Positions 50,941-59,969 of a stretch of 64,000 bases of DNA are shown here, piece by piece. Position 1 is the first letter of the stretch. Each line of letters begins with the position of its first letter. Made by a program: the position numbers and the translations under genes. Source of the DNA: Bacillaceae bacterium (GTDB taxonomy: Bacteria; Bacillota; Bacilli; JACDOE01); contig JACDOE010000001.1 of assembly GCA_017656255.1 (NCBI GenBank), positions 497,205 to 561,204 of the forward strand, in the 5' to 3' direction. The notes beneath the pieces are model-generated. The model was not told the DNA's origin. It did not search any database and was given only the letters and a program-made list of their open reading frames with translations.

Positions 50941-51054
50941 TTTTCAATTATAGAGATGATTGAGGTGTATGTCAAGAAAAAATATTTTTATTTGTTTATC
51001 ATACTTGAAGAAGCCTATAAAAAAAGAGAGGGTTTCCCCTCCCTACGACGATCG

Positions 51055-51648
51055 TTAACAACAGGAAGCTCTGGTATCACAACATGAACTCGGCTCTTTC
51101 TGTTGATGTTTTCGTCCCGCATTAAAAAATTGTCTTAAATTATCCGGAAGTACATAGGTATTTTGAGACGTTTTGGCATAATCCGGTGCCGGGTTATAAA
51201 TCTCTCTTAGAATAGCGTCCTTGATTAAAGCTTTTGGTGCCTCAGTATATTCCGACCCTTCAAATATCCAGACCCGGCAATCAACCTCAGTCCCTGTTAT
51301 AGTACCGCATGATTCACATTTGCTTTCCTTTGTTGTAAGAGCCAGGTCCCTGCCGTTGATGCGAATGGTAGGTGAACTTATGAAATGATATTGCTCAGCC
51401 TCTTCCTCATTTTCAATACGGACTTTATTCAGTAACACGTGGTAACCGATGGAATTTAAAAGATCAGAAACTTCCTCAATCGCTTCGTGAAGATTATGTT
51501 CGGTTCCTTTACACCTCGTACACACATCAAGATCAATATACAGGAAATCAATGTGCAGATCTTTGCTTTGCTCAACAGGCTGTTGATCCTTTCGGGAACT
51601 GCAACCGCAAGATGACGTTTGATTTTGATTCACTTTACAATTTGTCAT
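51055..51648 (-). CDS. DUF2703-domain protein with Cys-rich termini
   Basis: SSPTIRINGRDL motif characteristic of DUF2703. N- and C-terminal Cys clusters (SSCGCSS, SSCCDTRASCC). GGAGG RBS before MTNCKV. Confidence 0.5.
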   Translation of the reverse strand: MTNCKVNQNQTSSCGCSSRKDQQPVEQSKDLHIDFLYIDLDVCTRCKGTEHNLHEAIEEVSDLLNSIGYHVLLNKVRIENEEEAEQYHFISSPTIRINGRDLALTTKESKCESCGTITGTEVDCRVWIFEGSEYTEAPKALIKDAILREIYNPAPDYAKTSQNTYVLPDNLRQFFNAGRKHQQKEPSSCCDTRASCC

Positions 51649-51714
51649 GATAAAAACCTCCGCCTTTAATATTTTCACTAATACAGACGAAGGTTTTATC
51701 AAAAGGACGCAAAT

Positions 51715-52308
51715 TTACTCCGATTTATTTAAAATTTCCTGACAGGAACAGTTGCCCTTGTTGATATGGTAATCCAGTACATTCCCCAACAGATCCATTT
51801 CTAAATGACAACAGTCCAGCAATAACTGTTTTAATTTTTTTCTGGCGCGTTGCACCCTTGATTTTGCACCGGATATCGATATACCCAGTTTATTTGCCAT
51901 TTCTTTCTGTGTCAGATTTTTAAACTCTGTCAGTATGAGCGCTTCTCTATAAATCTCAGGGAGTTGTTGCATCAACTCTCTCAACCATCCTGCCACGATG
52001 GCATTCAAGTTGTCATCATCCACTTGATCGCATTTCTTAAAAACAGTGTGATCTTGTGATATGTCAACAGGATCCTCTTTTCTTTTATCCCGTTTGCGGT
52101 AATAATCTACGATTGTGTGACGTGTAATTTGATAGATCCAGGCTATTAATTTTTCTTCATCCTTTAATCCCGGTAAATAATGATGGATTTTTATAAACAC
52201 TTCTTGCAGAATATCGTCTGCTTCATGTTCGTTAGAAATTCTGGTATGAATAAACTGGCGAAGTGAATTTCGGTAAGCTTCCCATATGGCGTTCGTATCA
52301 AGCGTCAT
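51715..52308 (-). CDS. Sigma-70-family RNA polymerase sigma factor, SigZ-like, with Cys-rich C-terminal extension
   Basis: Region 2 (ILQEVFIKIHH, WIYQITRHTIVDYYRK) and region 4 (LTQKEMANKLGISISGAKSRVQRARKKL). C-terminus carries CCHLEMD...CSC. Confidence 0.65.
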   Translation of the reverse strand: MTLDTNAIWEAYRNSLRQFIHTRISNEHEADDILQEVFIKIHHYLPGLKDEEKLIAWIYQITRHTIVDYYRKRDKRKEDPVDISQDHTVFKKCDQVDDDNLNAIVAGWLRELMQQLPEIYREALILTEFKNLTQKEMANKLGISISGAKSRVQRARKKLKQLLLDCCHLEMDLLGNVLDYHINKGNCSCQEILNKSE

Positions 52309-53011
52309 TTTTTAACCACCACATTCCGGCGCATTCCGGCACACGAATAAGATTTTCCTCAATCACCCGGTCCGCCAGTTCATCACCAAAGAAAAAACGA
52401 GTTAAATCTTCGGCTTCGTTCATGCTATTAAACGTATAATCAAGACGGAACCAGGTATGATGAAATCCATATTTTTGTTCTAACAGACCATAATACCCTT
52501 TAAGAAAATCAGGAGGATCAGGCGTTTCCGTTCCGGTTCCCACTGTTTCAAAGATAATAACCGTTCCGCCCGGTCGAAGGACACGTTTGATTTCTGATAT
52601 AACCTGTTCAATATTGTGTTCCCATCCCTCAACATTGGAACTGGCCACGTAACAAATACTCCACCCGGATACGAGCAGGTCAGCGCTGTTAGTTTCCAGG
52701 GGGAGCTCGCGATGGTCAGCGACCGCTGTGCGCCAGTTTATGATACCGAGTTGTTTTAATTTTTGTTCATTGATTTGCAACATGGCCCGGGAAGCGTCCA
52801 CAGCTGTAATTGATTTTGCATAAGGAGCCAGTTGTACGGTCAGGCGTCCGGAACCTGCTCCCAGATCCACAATATCCAGATTGTCGACACGGATTATCTG
52901 ACGGATCCGGTCGATCACGTCCGGCTGCCTCGAAATTAATTGATCATATCGATCCGTTTCATTTTGATAGACACGGGTATGATCCGGCAAAACGCCTCTC
53001 CCCTTCCCCAT
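52298..53011 (-). CDS. Class I SAM-dependent methyltransferase
   Basis: Motif I (IVDLGAGSGRLT). Overlaps the sigma factor start by 11 nt (operon). Confidence 0.75.
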   Translation of the reverse strand: MGKGRGVLPDHTRVYQNETDRYDQLISRQPDVIDRIRQIIRVDNLDIVDLGAGSGRLTVQLAPYAKSITAVDASRAMLQINEQKLKQLGIINWRTAVADHRELPLETNSADLLVSGWSICYVASSNVEGWEHNIEQVISEIKRVLRPGGTVIIFETVGTGTETPDPPDFLKGYYGLLEQKYGFHHTWFRLDYTFNSMNEAEDLTRFFFGDELADRVIEENLIRVPECAGMWWLKNDA

Positions 53012-53020
53012 TTTGATAGT

Positions 53021-53509
53021 TTATGGACGATTCAGATTGATGACCCAGTCCTCAAGAAAACGCGTGATCTGTGAAAAATGGTGTTCATCGTGTTTAACAA
53101 GATTCTCAAAATAGTCACAGAGCTTTAATTGACGAGATTCTATGGAGATATCCTTCAACCAGTAATCATCGCGGATGTTTCTTATCGTCTGTTGCAACCT
53201 GACACGGGTTGAGATAAATTTTTCAATGGTGTCTGCCTGACTTGCGTTACGGGCTTCGCAGGCAGCCTGCCAGTTCAATTCATCGACGTTCGGAGCCACC
53301 GGCAACGGTTCGGCTTTTAAAAAATAAGGAATCCGATTATGCATGAGAAATTCATCCCAGGGAATAAAATGGCCGATAACTTCCGCAATGCTCCATTTAT
53401 CTTCTGCGACGGGGGTTCTCCAGAGTTCTTCCGATAAATGTATGAATGAATCAACAAAATGAATGGCGTTTGTGTGGTGAAGTATGATGTCTTCCTTCGA
53501 CCGAACCAA
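53021..53509 (-). CDS. DinB/YfiT-like (DinB_2) family protein
   Basis: Four-helix-bundle family pattern with conserved His residues (HHTNAIHF, VIGHFIPWDE, HDEHH). Confidence 0.6.
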   Translation of the reverse strand: MVRSKEDIILHHTNAIHFVDSFIHLSEELWRTPVAEDKWSIAEVIGHFIPWDEFLMHNRIPYFLKAEPLPVAPNVDELNWQAACEARNASQADTIEKFISTRVRLQQTIRNIRDDYWLKDISIESRQLKLCDYFENLVKHDEHHFSQITRFLEDWVINLNRP

Positions 53510-53646
53510 ATAAACATCCCCTTTAAAATCGAATCAGAACACCTATTCCTTATTTTATCATCTTTTTGCCGAATTCAGGAATTTTTTTCTAAACACACCG
53601 CGAGACAGGGATCTGGACACCCAACGCATAACCGCTGTCACGCCAG

Positions 53647-54117
53647 TCACGATTCTTTGCCTTCCCGCTTTCGAATGGCCAGGGCAAGATTCCGGATAAA
53701 TGACCAGCCATCAGATTCAAGCTGTGCCATTTTAACCGGAAGCAAATTTGCCAGTCCCAGCCATAAATGAAATAGGGCGAAATAATACATAAGCGGATCA
53801 GGCTCAAGGCTATCAAAGGATAACAGAGTGACCAGCAACCCGTAACAGAAAAGATTGAAAGCAGGTCCTCCCAGGGAAACCACTGCAGCTCTCATGTAAC
53901 TGTTTTGGTTAACGTTGAAATGATACCGGGTCCCGCCCCCGATAAAATAACCCAGATGAATCCGGATTCGGTTATGATCAAACAATACGGGACCCGCACC
54001 GATATAAATTTTGTAATCTTCCGCTTTCAACCATTTGGCTGCAAACAAATGACCGGCTTCATGAATCAGGATCGCCACCGGTGCCAGTCCAAAAATCAAA
54101 ATCAACAAATTTAACAT
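53647..54117 (-). CDS. Site-2 protease-family (M50) intramembrane zinc metallopeptidase, short form
   Basis: HExxH within a TM helix (ILIHEAGHLFAA). Downstream LDG-like region and a multi-TM topology. Confidence 0.6.
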   Translation of the reverse strand: MLNLLILIFGLAPVAILIHEAGHLFAAKWLKAEDYKIYIGAGPVLFDHNRIRIHLGYFIGGGTRYHFNVNQNSYMRAAVVSLGGPAFNLFCYGLLVTLLSFDSLEPDPLMYYFALFHLWLGLANLLPVKMAQLESDGWSFIRNLALAIRKREGKES

Positions 54118-54163
54118 GCGTTTTCCCCGTTTCCTTCAGTTCCTACTCCACGCGTTGATCATA

Positions 54164-54772
54164 TCAATAGATAATCGGCCTTTTCAACGATTTTCCCGTC
54201 ATATAGGCAAAAGCAAAACCGGACACAAAACCGCCAAAATGACCGGCAAAACTGACATTCGGAAATAAAAACGTAATGGCCCACCCGATCACAATGAATA
54301 ACAAGATAACCGTTCTTGAATGATAATCAAGAAAGTTTGGCCTCAACAAAATAAGATACAGGTAGAACCCGAATAACCCGTATCCGAATCCGGAAGCGCC
54401 GACACTTACACCTTTGCCGACCATCATGATCATTAAGGCGGAAAATAAAACCGTAACGACAAAAAACAAAATGAATTTTACTTTACCCAGCATTTTTTCC
54501 ACCGGAGGTGCGATCAGATAAATGAAAAACACATTAAAAATAAAATGTTCGAAACCGCTATGTAAAAAGGCATAACTCCACAACCGGTATATCTGTCCAT
54601 CCAAAACATCCTCTTTCACCATGCCACCCAGTTCATAGATCAGGCGAGAGCCAATAAAAAAACTGATCAGGCTGCTCAAGATCATACTGATGGTGATCGC
54701 GATAATCAGAACACTGGTAATCGGATATGCGTGCAGATACTGTCGCCATGATTCCCTTCTCAGAAATAGCAT
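54164..54772 (-). CDS. Rhomboid-family intramembrane serine protease
   Basis: Catalytic GASG(F)GYG serine motif and a downstream HFGGF histidine. Six TM helices. Confidence 0.75.
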   Translation of the reverse strand: MLFLRRESWRQYLHAYPITSVLIIAITISMILSSLISFFIGSRLIYELGGMVKEDVLDGQIYRLWSYAFLHSGFEHFIFNVFFIYLIAPPVEKMLGKVKFILFFVVTVLFSALMIMMVGKGVSVGASGFGYGLFGFYLYLILLRPNFLDYHSRTVILLFIVIGWAITFLFPNVSFAGHFGGFVSGFAFAYMTGKSLKRPIIY

Positions 54773-54823
54773 GGGACCTCCTCCTTATTGATTTAAAAGC
54801 GGATTAAAATCATGTTCTTAAGA

Positions 54824-55588
54824 TCACTGAATGTGAAAGACGTATGACGATTCTCTCCAATCGTCTTTTTCAGGCAAATAAGTACGTTCCATCATGGTGA
54901 CCCGATTCTGTTCATCAATGGTCAGGACCGTCGATGATCTTGTTCCGTAGTCAGAGCTGGTTATAAAAATCGGGGACAGCATGCGTTCTTTTTGAAGTCC
55001 GACACCCGTATCAGGAAGATCCTCATCTTTTGCTCTTTGCCGATCCTGAAGTAAATCAAACAAACATTCCACTGACCAGTCCGGTTGAGCAAGACATTGT
55101 TCAAGTTTTGCCTTTCCCCGTGTGACTTTCGGCCAGGGCGTATTTAACTCGGCATTACTGATCCCGTGTATTCCCGGCTTTAATTCCTCAATGCGGTCAC
55201 TGTACCAGGCGTAATAATACAGGTTATCCGGGTCCCCGACCAGCAGGTTAAATCCATTGTACAGGTGACGTTTCGCTTTTACCTGCTGCAAATAGGTTTC
55301 CGGCCTTTGCTGACCGATCAGAAAACCACTGACCAGATTGCCCCGGGATTCAACGTTTTGCCTGATCAGACGTGGATCGCGGTAGTTGGTCAGAGCAGCG
55401 AAACGGCCGGTACGGGTCATTCCCATCCAGGTCCCCTTTTGTTCCAGGTCTCGACCTGCGAGGATGTCAGGGTGATCCTCCCAGAATGAGACGGGTGCCG
55501 TCGGCCTCCGGTAAAATTCATCCCGGTTGGCCGCCACGATCAGGCGATAACCCGGTTGATGATGATATGAAAACAATATTAGACACAT
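54824..55588 (-). CDS. NRDE-family protein (DUF833/TANGO2-like)
   Basis: N-terminal MCLILF...NRDE motif. Confidence 0.7.
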   Translation of the reverse strand: MCLILFSYHHQPGYRLIVAANRDEFYRRPTAPVSFWEDHPDILAGRDLEQKGTWMGMTRTGRFAALTNYRDPRLIRQNVESRGNLVSGFLIGQQRPETYLQQVKAKRHLYNGFNLLVGDPDNLYYYAWYSDRIEELKPGIHGISNAELNTPWPKVTRGKAKLEQCLAQPDWSVECLFDLLQDRQRAKDEDLPDTGVGLQKERMLSPIFITSSDYGTRSSTVLTIDEQNRVTMMERTYLPEKDDWRESSYVFHIQ

Positions 55589-55664
55589 ACCGTTTCCCCC
55601 CTCTTCTCTCCCCTACATCATAACAAATTAAAAAGACACCTGCATGGGCAAGGTGCCTTCACTT

Positions 55665-57131
55665 CTAAGGGTCTTCAGAGGATCGGTGCGGCATTCTGTT
55701 TTCAAACAACTCCCTCGAAAATTCCATCCGTGATTCCCCCAGTCCGGGTTTAACCTGAAACACGGGACGGGTAAACGTGACGGGTTCCGGTCTGCGACCC
55801 CTTATACGAAAACGGGCAAAAGCCCCCCAGTACAGGATGGCAAAAAAGATCACCAGCGTTAAACCGGCTATCAAACCGGCTCCCTGGTCCGGTATCAGCG
55901 GCATACTGCCGATAATGGCCACGATACCTGCCAGGCTCAACCATGATGCGAACGGATAACCCGGCATCCGGCACTTTCCCTTCGGAGGACATCCTTTTTC
56001 CCTGCGAAATCGATAGTGCGTCGCAAGGATGACGGCATAGGCGAACAACAACGAAAACCCTCCGGAACTGACCAGAAACAGATAGACCTGTTGCGGAAGC
56101 AGGAATCCGAGGGCTAGCCCAGCAAGCATGGCTGCACCTGAAAACAGGATGCCCCGATAAGGGATGTTTGTTTTGTCTTTTAACCAGGCAGGTGCGTGCC
56201 GATCCTCAGCCAGAGAACGCAACATCCGCCCCAGGCCGAACATGGCGGCAAGCATTGTAGACAGGATGGCAATGACCAGCACCATATTCATGACGTTTCC
56301 TGCCCATCCCAAGCCCCACCTGTTTAATGTCGCTACCAGCGGACTGACTTCTTCGGTTAAAACAGCCGTCGGAATTAACGGAAGCATGACCACAATAGTA
56401 GCGAGGTAAAAACCGACTAGCCCGAGCACCGTAAATCGAATGGCCCGTGGAACGGTCCGATGGGGATATCGCGTTTCCGATGCGGCGAGCCCAATGATCT
56501 CAAAGCCGGCATAGGTAAACATGACAATCAACATACTGCCGGCAATACCGGAGAATCCGGCCGGAAACCAGGTTTCCCTCGCCAGTTCCCCGGCTCCTAC
56601 CCGGGGCAATTCCGGAAGTAGCCCGGCGATCAAAGCCAGACCGAGAAAAACAAAGCCGGCTATGGCCAGAAGTTTAATCGCAGCCAGCCCGCTCTCCAGA
56701 CGGCTCAACTGTTCGGCTCCCAGAAGATTGACCAGTGTCACTCCCATGACAATAAGAGACCCCAGTACAGGGAGTGACAGAGCAGGAAACCATTCCCGCA
56801 GAAAAACCGATACAGCAATCGCTTCGCTCGACATCGCCAGTACCAGTCCGGTCCAGTACACCCATCCCACAACAAAACCGGTCCCTGGCCCGAACATCCT
56901 GGATGCAAAGGTTCGAAATGAACCAGGCGCCGGATCAGCAACCGTCATTTCAGAAAGTGCCGAAAGGATAAAATAGACCAGGATACCCCCAAGTATATAA
57001 GAGATTATCACGGCAGGTCCGGCAGAGCGAATGGCGACTGCGGAACCGAGAAAAAATGAACCTCCGATGACTGTTCCCAGGGCCAGCATGGTCAACTGCC
57101 AGGTTTTAAGTCCTTGTCCGGTTGATTCCAA
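55665..57131 (-). CDS. APC-family amino acid permease
   Basis: 12-TM APC fold (GTVIGGSFFLGSAVAIRSAGPAVIISYILGG). Likely TTG start with GAGGGAGG RBS 7 nt upstream. The track ATG at 57167 lacks an RBS. Confidence 0.7.
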   Translation of the reverse strand: MESTGQGLKTWQLTMLALGTVIGGSFFLGSAVAIRSAGPAVIISYILGGILVYFILSALSEMTVADPAPGSFRTFASRMFGPGTGFVVGWVYWTGLVLAMSSEAIAVSVFLREWFPALSLPVLGSLIVMGVTLVNLLGAEQLSRLESGLAAIKLLAIAGFVFLGLALIAGLLPELPRVGAGELARETWFPAGFSGIAGSMLIVMFTYAGFEIIGLAASETRYPHRTVPRAIRFTVLGLVGFYLATIVVMLPLIPTAVLTEEVSPLVATLNRWGLGWAGNVMNMVLVIAILSTMLAAMFGLGRMLRSLAEDRHAPAWLKDKTNIPYRGILFSGAAMLAGLALGFLLPQQVYLFLVSSGGFSLLFAYAVILATHYRFRREKGCPPKGKCRMPGYPFASWLSLAGIVAIIGSMPLIPDQGAGLIAGLTLVIFFAILYWGAFARFRIRGRRPEPVTFTRPVFQVKPGLGESRMEFSRELFENRMPHRSSEDP

Positions 57132-57224
57132 CGGTTGGCCTCCCTCATAATGCGTGTATTTACACATAATATGTTCACAATCACAGCGAGTTATGAGAGA
57201 GGCATTCTCAAGTTTAGACCGGTC

Positions 57225-58112
57225 TTACTTTTTCCCGACCGTTACCTTTCCTTTTTTCTCATAGGGCAGGACAATGGCTGAAATGTCTTCATCAGCGTGC
57301 CCGTCCTGACTTGTTTCTTCAATCTTCTGTTCCGCAAGCGCTGTAAAATCATAATCCACTTCCAGTTTATTTGCCATATCAAGCGCCAGCCGGATATCTT
57401 TATGCAGCAACTTTACGCTGAAACGCTGCTTAAAATCCCGGTCTTCAATCAGCGGCAGGCAGCGATCCATCATCGTGTTGTAACCAGTACTGTGACGGAT
57501 AATATCAAATAGTACATCGGATGTAATACCTGCTTTTGCACCCATCACAAACGCTTCAGAGAGAGCGGCTGTATGGATGCCGACCAGCAGATTGTTAATC
57601 AATTTGGCAACACTTCCACTACCGGTTTCACCAACTCGCACGATATGTTTTCCCATTGCTTCAAAGGCCGGAGTTGCTTTCTGGAAAGGTTCTTCTTCCC
57701 CTCCTACCATGATGGTCAATGTACCGGCCTCTGCTCCCATCGGCCCACCACTGATTGGGGCGTCCAGAAAATGTACCCCTTTCTCACCGGCTGCCCGGGC
57801 GATTTTTTTGTTTAGATCAGGGCTTACCGTACTGTGATCGGCCAGTATCAGGCCCGGCCGGGCGCCTTCAAGAAGGCCTTTTTCTCCCAGATAAACCGAT
57901 TCCACGGTGTCCGGCATCGGAAGACAGGTACAAACCAGATCAACCTGTTCCGCCAGTTCCCGATAGGTGGAAGCTTCCTTCGCACCCCAGGACAGGGCTT
58001 TTTCCACGGGAGGACGACTCCGGCTGATTACGGTAACATCAAAACCCTTTTCAATCAAATTCCTTGTCATGGGAAGTCCCATGGTTCCCAGTCCTACAAA
58101 ACCTACTTTCAT
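57225..58112 (-). CDS. NAD(P)-dependent oxidoreductase, 3-hydroxyisobutyrate/tartronate-semialdehyde dehydrogenase family
   Basis: N-terminal Rossmann GFVGLGTMGLPM and the 6-PGDH-like NAD-binding domain. Confidence 0.75.
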   Translation of the reverse strand: MKVGFVGLGTMGLPMTRNLIEKGFDVTVISRSRPPVEKALSWGAKEASTYRELAEQVDLVCTCLPMPDTVESVYLGEKGLLEGARPGLILADHSTVSPDLNKKIARAAGEKGVHFLDAPISGGPMGAEAGTLTIMVGGEEEPFQKATPAFEAMGKHIVRVGETGSGSVAKLINNLLVGIHTAALSEAFVMGAKAGITSDVLFDIIRHSTGYNTMMDRCLPLIEDRDFKQRFSVKLLHKDIRLALDMANKLEVDYDFTALAEQKIEETSQDGHADEDISAIVLPYEKKGKVTVGKK

Positions 58113-58242
58113 AACAAATCCTCCTGACAGATAATTTTTAGAATAATTTCAGTAAAAATATTTGTCATATTAAAAAATGAGTGTCCAGATTGCTTGTCTT
58201 TCATAAATTCTTCATGAAACGCAAAAACTCCTTGTATAGGAG

Positions 58243-59631
58243 GTGTTGAATTTGCCGGTAAAGTTCCGATTGATTGCCTTTATCTGTATATGTATGGTCA
58301 TATCTTTTACCCTCAGCCCAACTGTCGTTTACGGGGAAAGAACCATTCAATCCAACCCCTCGATCGCATCTTTTGTGATCCATGAGGTTCGTTATGGCGA
58401 TACACTGTGGGAACTGGCCGACCGCTATCAAACATCAATCAAACTGATCAAGACCCTTAATGGTCTTCATCAGGATAATCTGATCCCCGGCCAGGCACTT
58501 CTGATTCCTGGACTCCATTATTATGCCGCAAAAGGGGAATCCCTGTTTGATATCGCCAATCGGCACGGCCTCTCAACACAACAACTGATACAGGCAAACA
58601 AACTGAAATCAACCGACATTTATCCGGGACAGAAATTATATATTCCATCCATCTATCAAAGAACCATCATGACCGGAGGGTATGTCGTCCCTCAAAATAA
58701 AGAACAGGATCAGGCGTTAATCAAGCGATACCAGAGGGTTGTCAGTCAAATCGGCGTTTTCGAATATCACCCGGACCGAAACGGCAATTTGAGCCGTCTG
58801 TCAGATACCACTGTGATCAGGGAAGCCTGGCGTAAACATATTTATCCGGTAGCCGTTGTGACCAATCTAACCAAAAAGGGATTTGATCCGGAACTGGCCC
58901 ATATAATTTTACATGATCCCGTCACCCGGGACAGGCTGATTCAAAATATTCGTGATCTTCTTCGCAGTAAGGATTACAAAGGCGTCAATATTGATTTTGA
59001 AGGATTAAAACCCGATGATCGCAAAGCGTTTAACCGTTTTATGCGGAAACTCTCAGAAACGCTAAAGCCGATTGGTTTTACCCTGTCCATTGCCGTTCCG
59101 CCCAAACAGGGTGATGCCTATCCGTCCTATCATGGAGCCTATGATTACCGAACGCTGGGGCAAATCGTGGACTATATGTTTCTGATGACTTATGACTGGC
59201 ACTGGCCGGGTACCGGTCCAGGCCCTATCGCCCCCTTCGGTCAGGTCAGGGAAACTGTAAAATATGCGGTTAAGGTTGTTCCCCGCCACAAATTATTTAT
59301 TGGAATTCCCATTTATGCTTATGACTGGACTTACGGACCTAATGGCAAAACGACTGCCCGAGCGTATTCACAACTGAAAGCACAGCGACTGGCACTCAAA
59401 CATCAGTCAACCATCCTTTATCATGAACGGGACAAATCCCCCTACTTTTCATATCGCGACGAGAAAGGTAACCGGCATGTGGTCTGGTTTGAAGATGCCC
59501 GCAGCATCATGGCGAAGTATAGATTAATGAACCAATATGGATTGCGGGGAATGGGAGGCTGGAGACTGGGACTACAGTTTCCCCAGGCCGAATACATGCT
59601 GGCCCATTTTTTTCAAATTCAGAAACCCTAA
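58243..59631 (+). CDS. LysM-LysM-GH18 spore peptidoglycan hydrolase (SleL/YaaH/YdhD-like)
   Basis: Two LysM domains, then a GH18 catalytic region (DIDFEGL...LMTYDWHW). Start ambiguous: GTG 58243 or TTG 58252, with AGGAGG at 58238-58243. Confidence 0.75.
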   Translation: MLNLPVKFRLIAFICICMVISFTLSPTVVYGERTIQSNPSIASFVIHEVRYGDTLWELADRYQTSIKLIKTLNGLHQDNLIPGQALLIPGLHYYAAKGESLFDIANRHGLSTQQLIQANKLKSTDIYPGQKLYIPSIYQRTIMTGGYVVPQNKEQDQALIKRYQRVVSQIGVFEYHPDRNGNLSRLSDTTVIREAWRKHIYPVAVVTNLTKKGFDPELAHIILHDPVTRDRLIQNIRDLLRSKDYKGVNIDFEGLKPDDRKAFNRFMRKLSETLKPIGFTLSIAVPPKQGDAYPSYHGAYDYRTLGQIVDYMFLMTYDWHWPGTGPGPIAPFGQVRETVKYAVKVVPRHKLFIGIPIYAYDWTYGPNGKTTARAYSQLKAQRLALKHQSTILYHERDKSPYFSYRDEKGNRHVVWFEDARSIMAKYRLMNQYGLRGMGGWRLGLQFPQAEYMLAHFFQIQKP

Positions 59632-59663
59632 AAGAAAAAGCCACAGCAAATGTGGCTTTATTC

Positions 59664-59948
59664 TTAAACAGCATAAATGGAAAAATTTCCTCTTCCAAAC
59701 AGCGATTTATAATATTCAATGTTGATCGTATTCAGTTGTCCGGCGATGGATTCATCGATCAGTAAGGTGATCCCTTCCACTTCTTCGACAACATCTCGAT
59801 CCCGTTTTGACTCTTCCAGAGCCATGACAAAATTGGGACCTCCTCAGCCAAAGCCCTGGACATCGATTCGAATGTAGTAATCTGTTTTACCGTGTTCCTG
59901 CAGGATATTTCTTAATTCTTTCGCTGCATCTCTGGATATGTTAACCAT
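59664..59948 (-). CDS. HesB/IscA-like protein with in-frame TGA at the conserved first Cys position (candidate selenoprotein)
   Basis: Minus-strand translation gives MVNISRDAAKELRNILQEHGKTDYYIRIDVQGFG-[TGA]-GGPNFVMALEESKRDRDVVEEVEGITLLIDESIAGQLNTINIEYYKSLFGRGNFSIYAV. It aligns with IscA (RLGVRTSGCSGMAY...[18 protein letters not shown]), with the TGA (59844-59846) exactly at the GCSG cysteine. Absent from the ORF track because the TGA splits it into two sub-60-aa pieces. Confidence 0.55.
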
Positions 59949-59969
59949 TGTTTTTCAGCCCTGTCTCCT

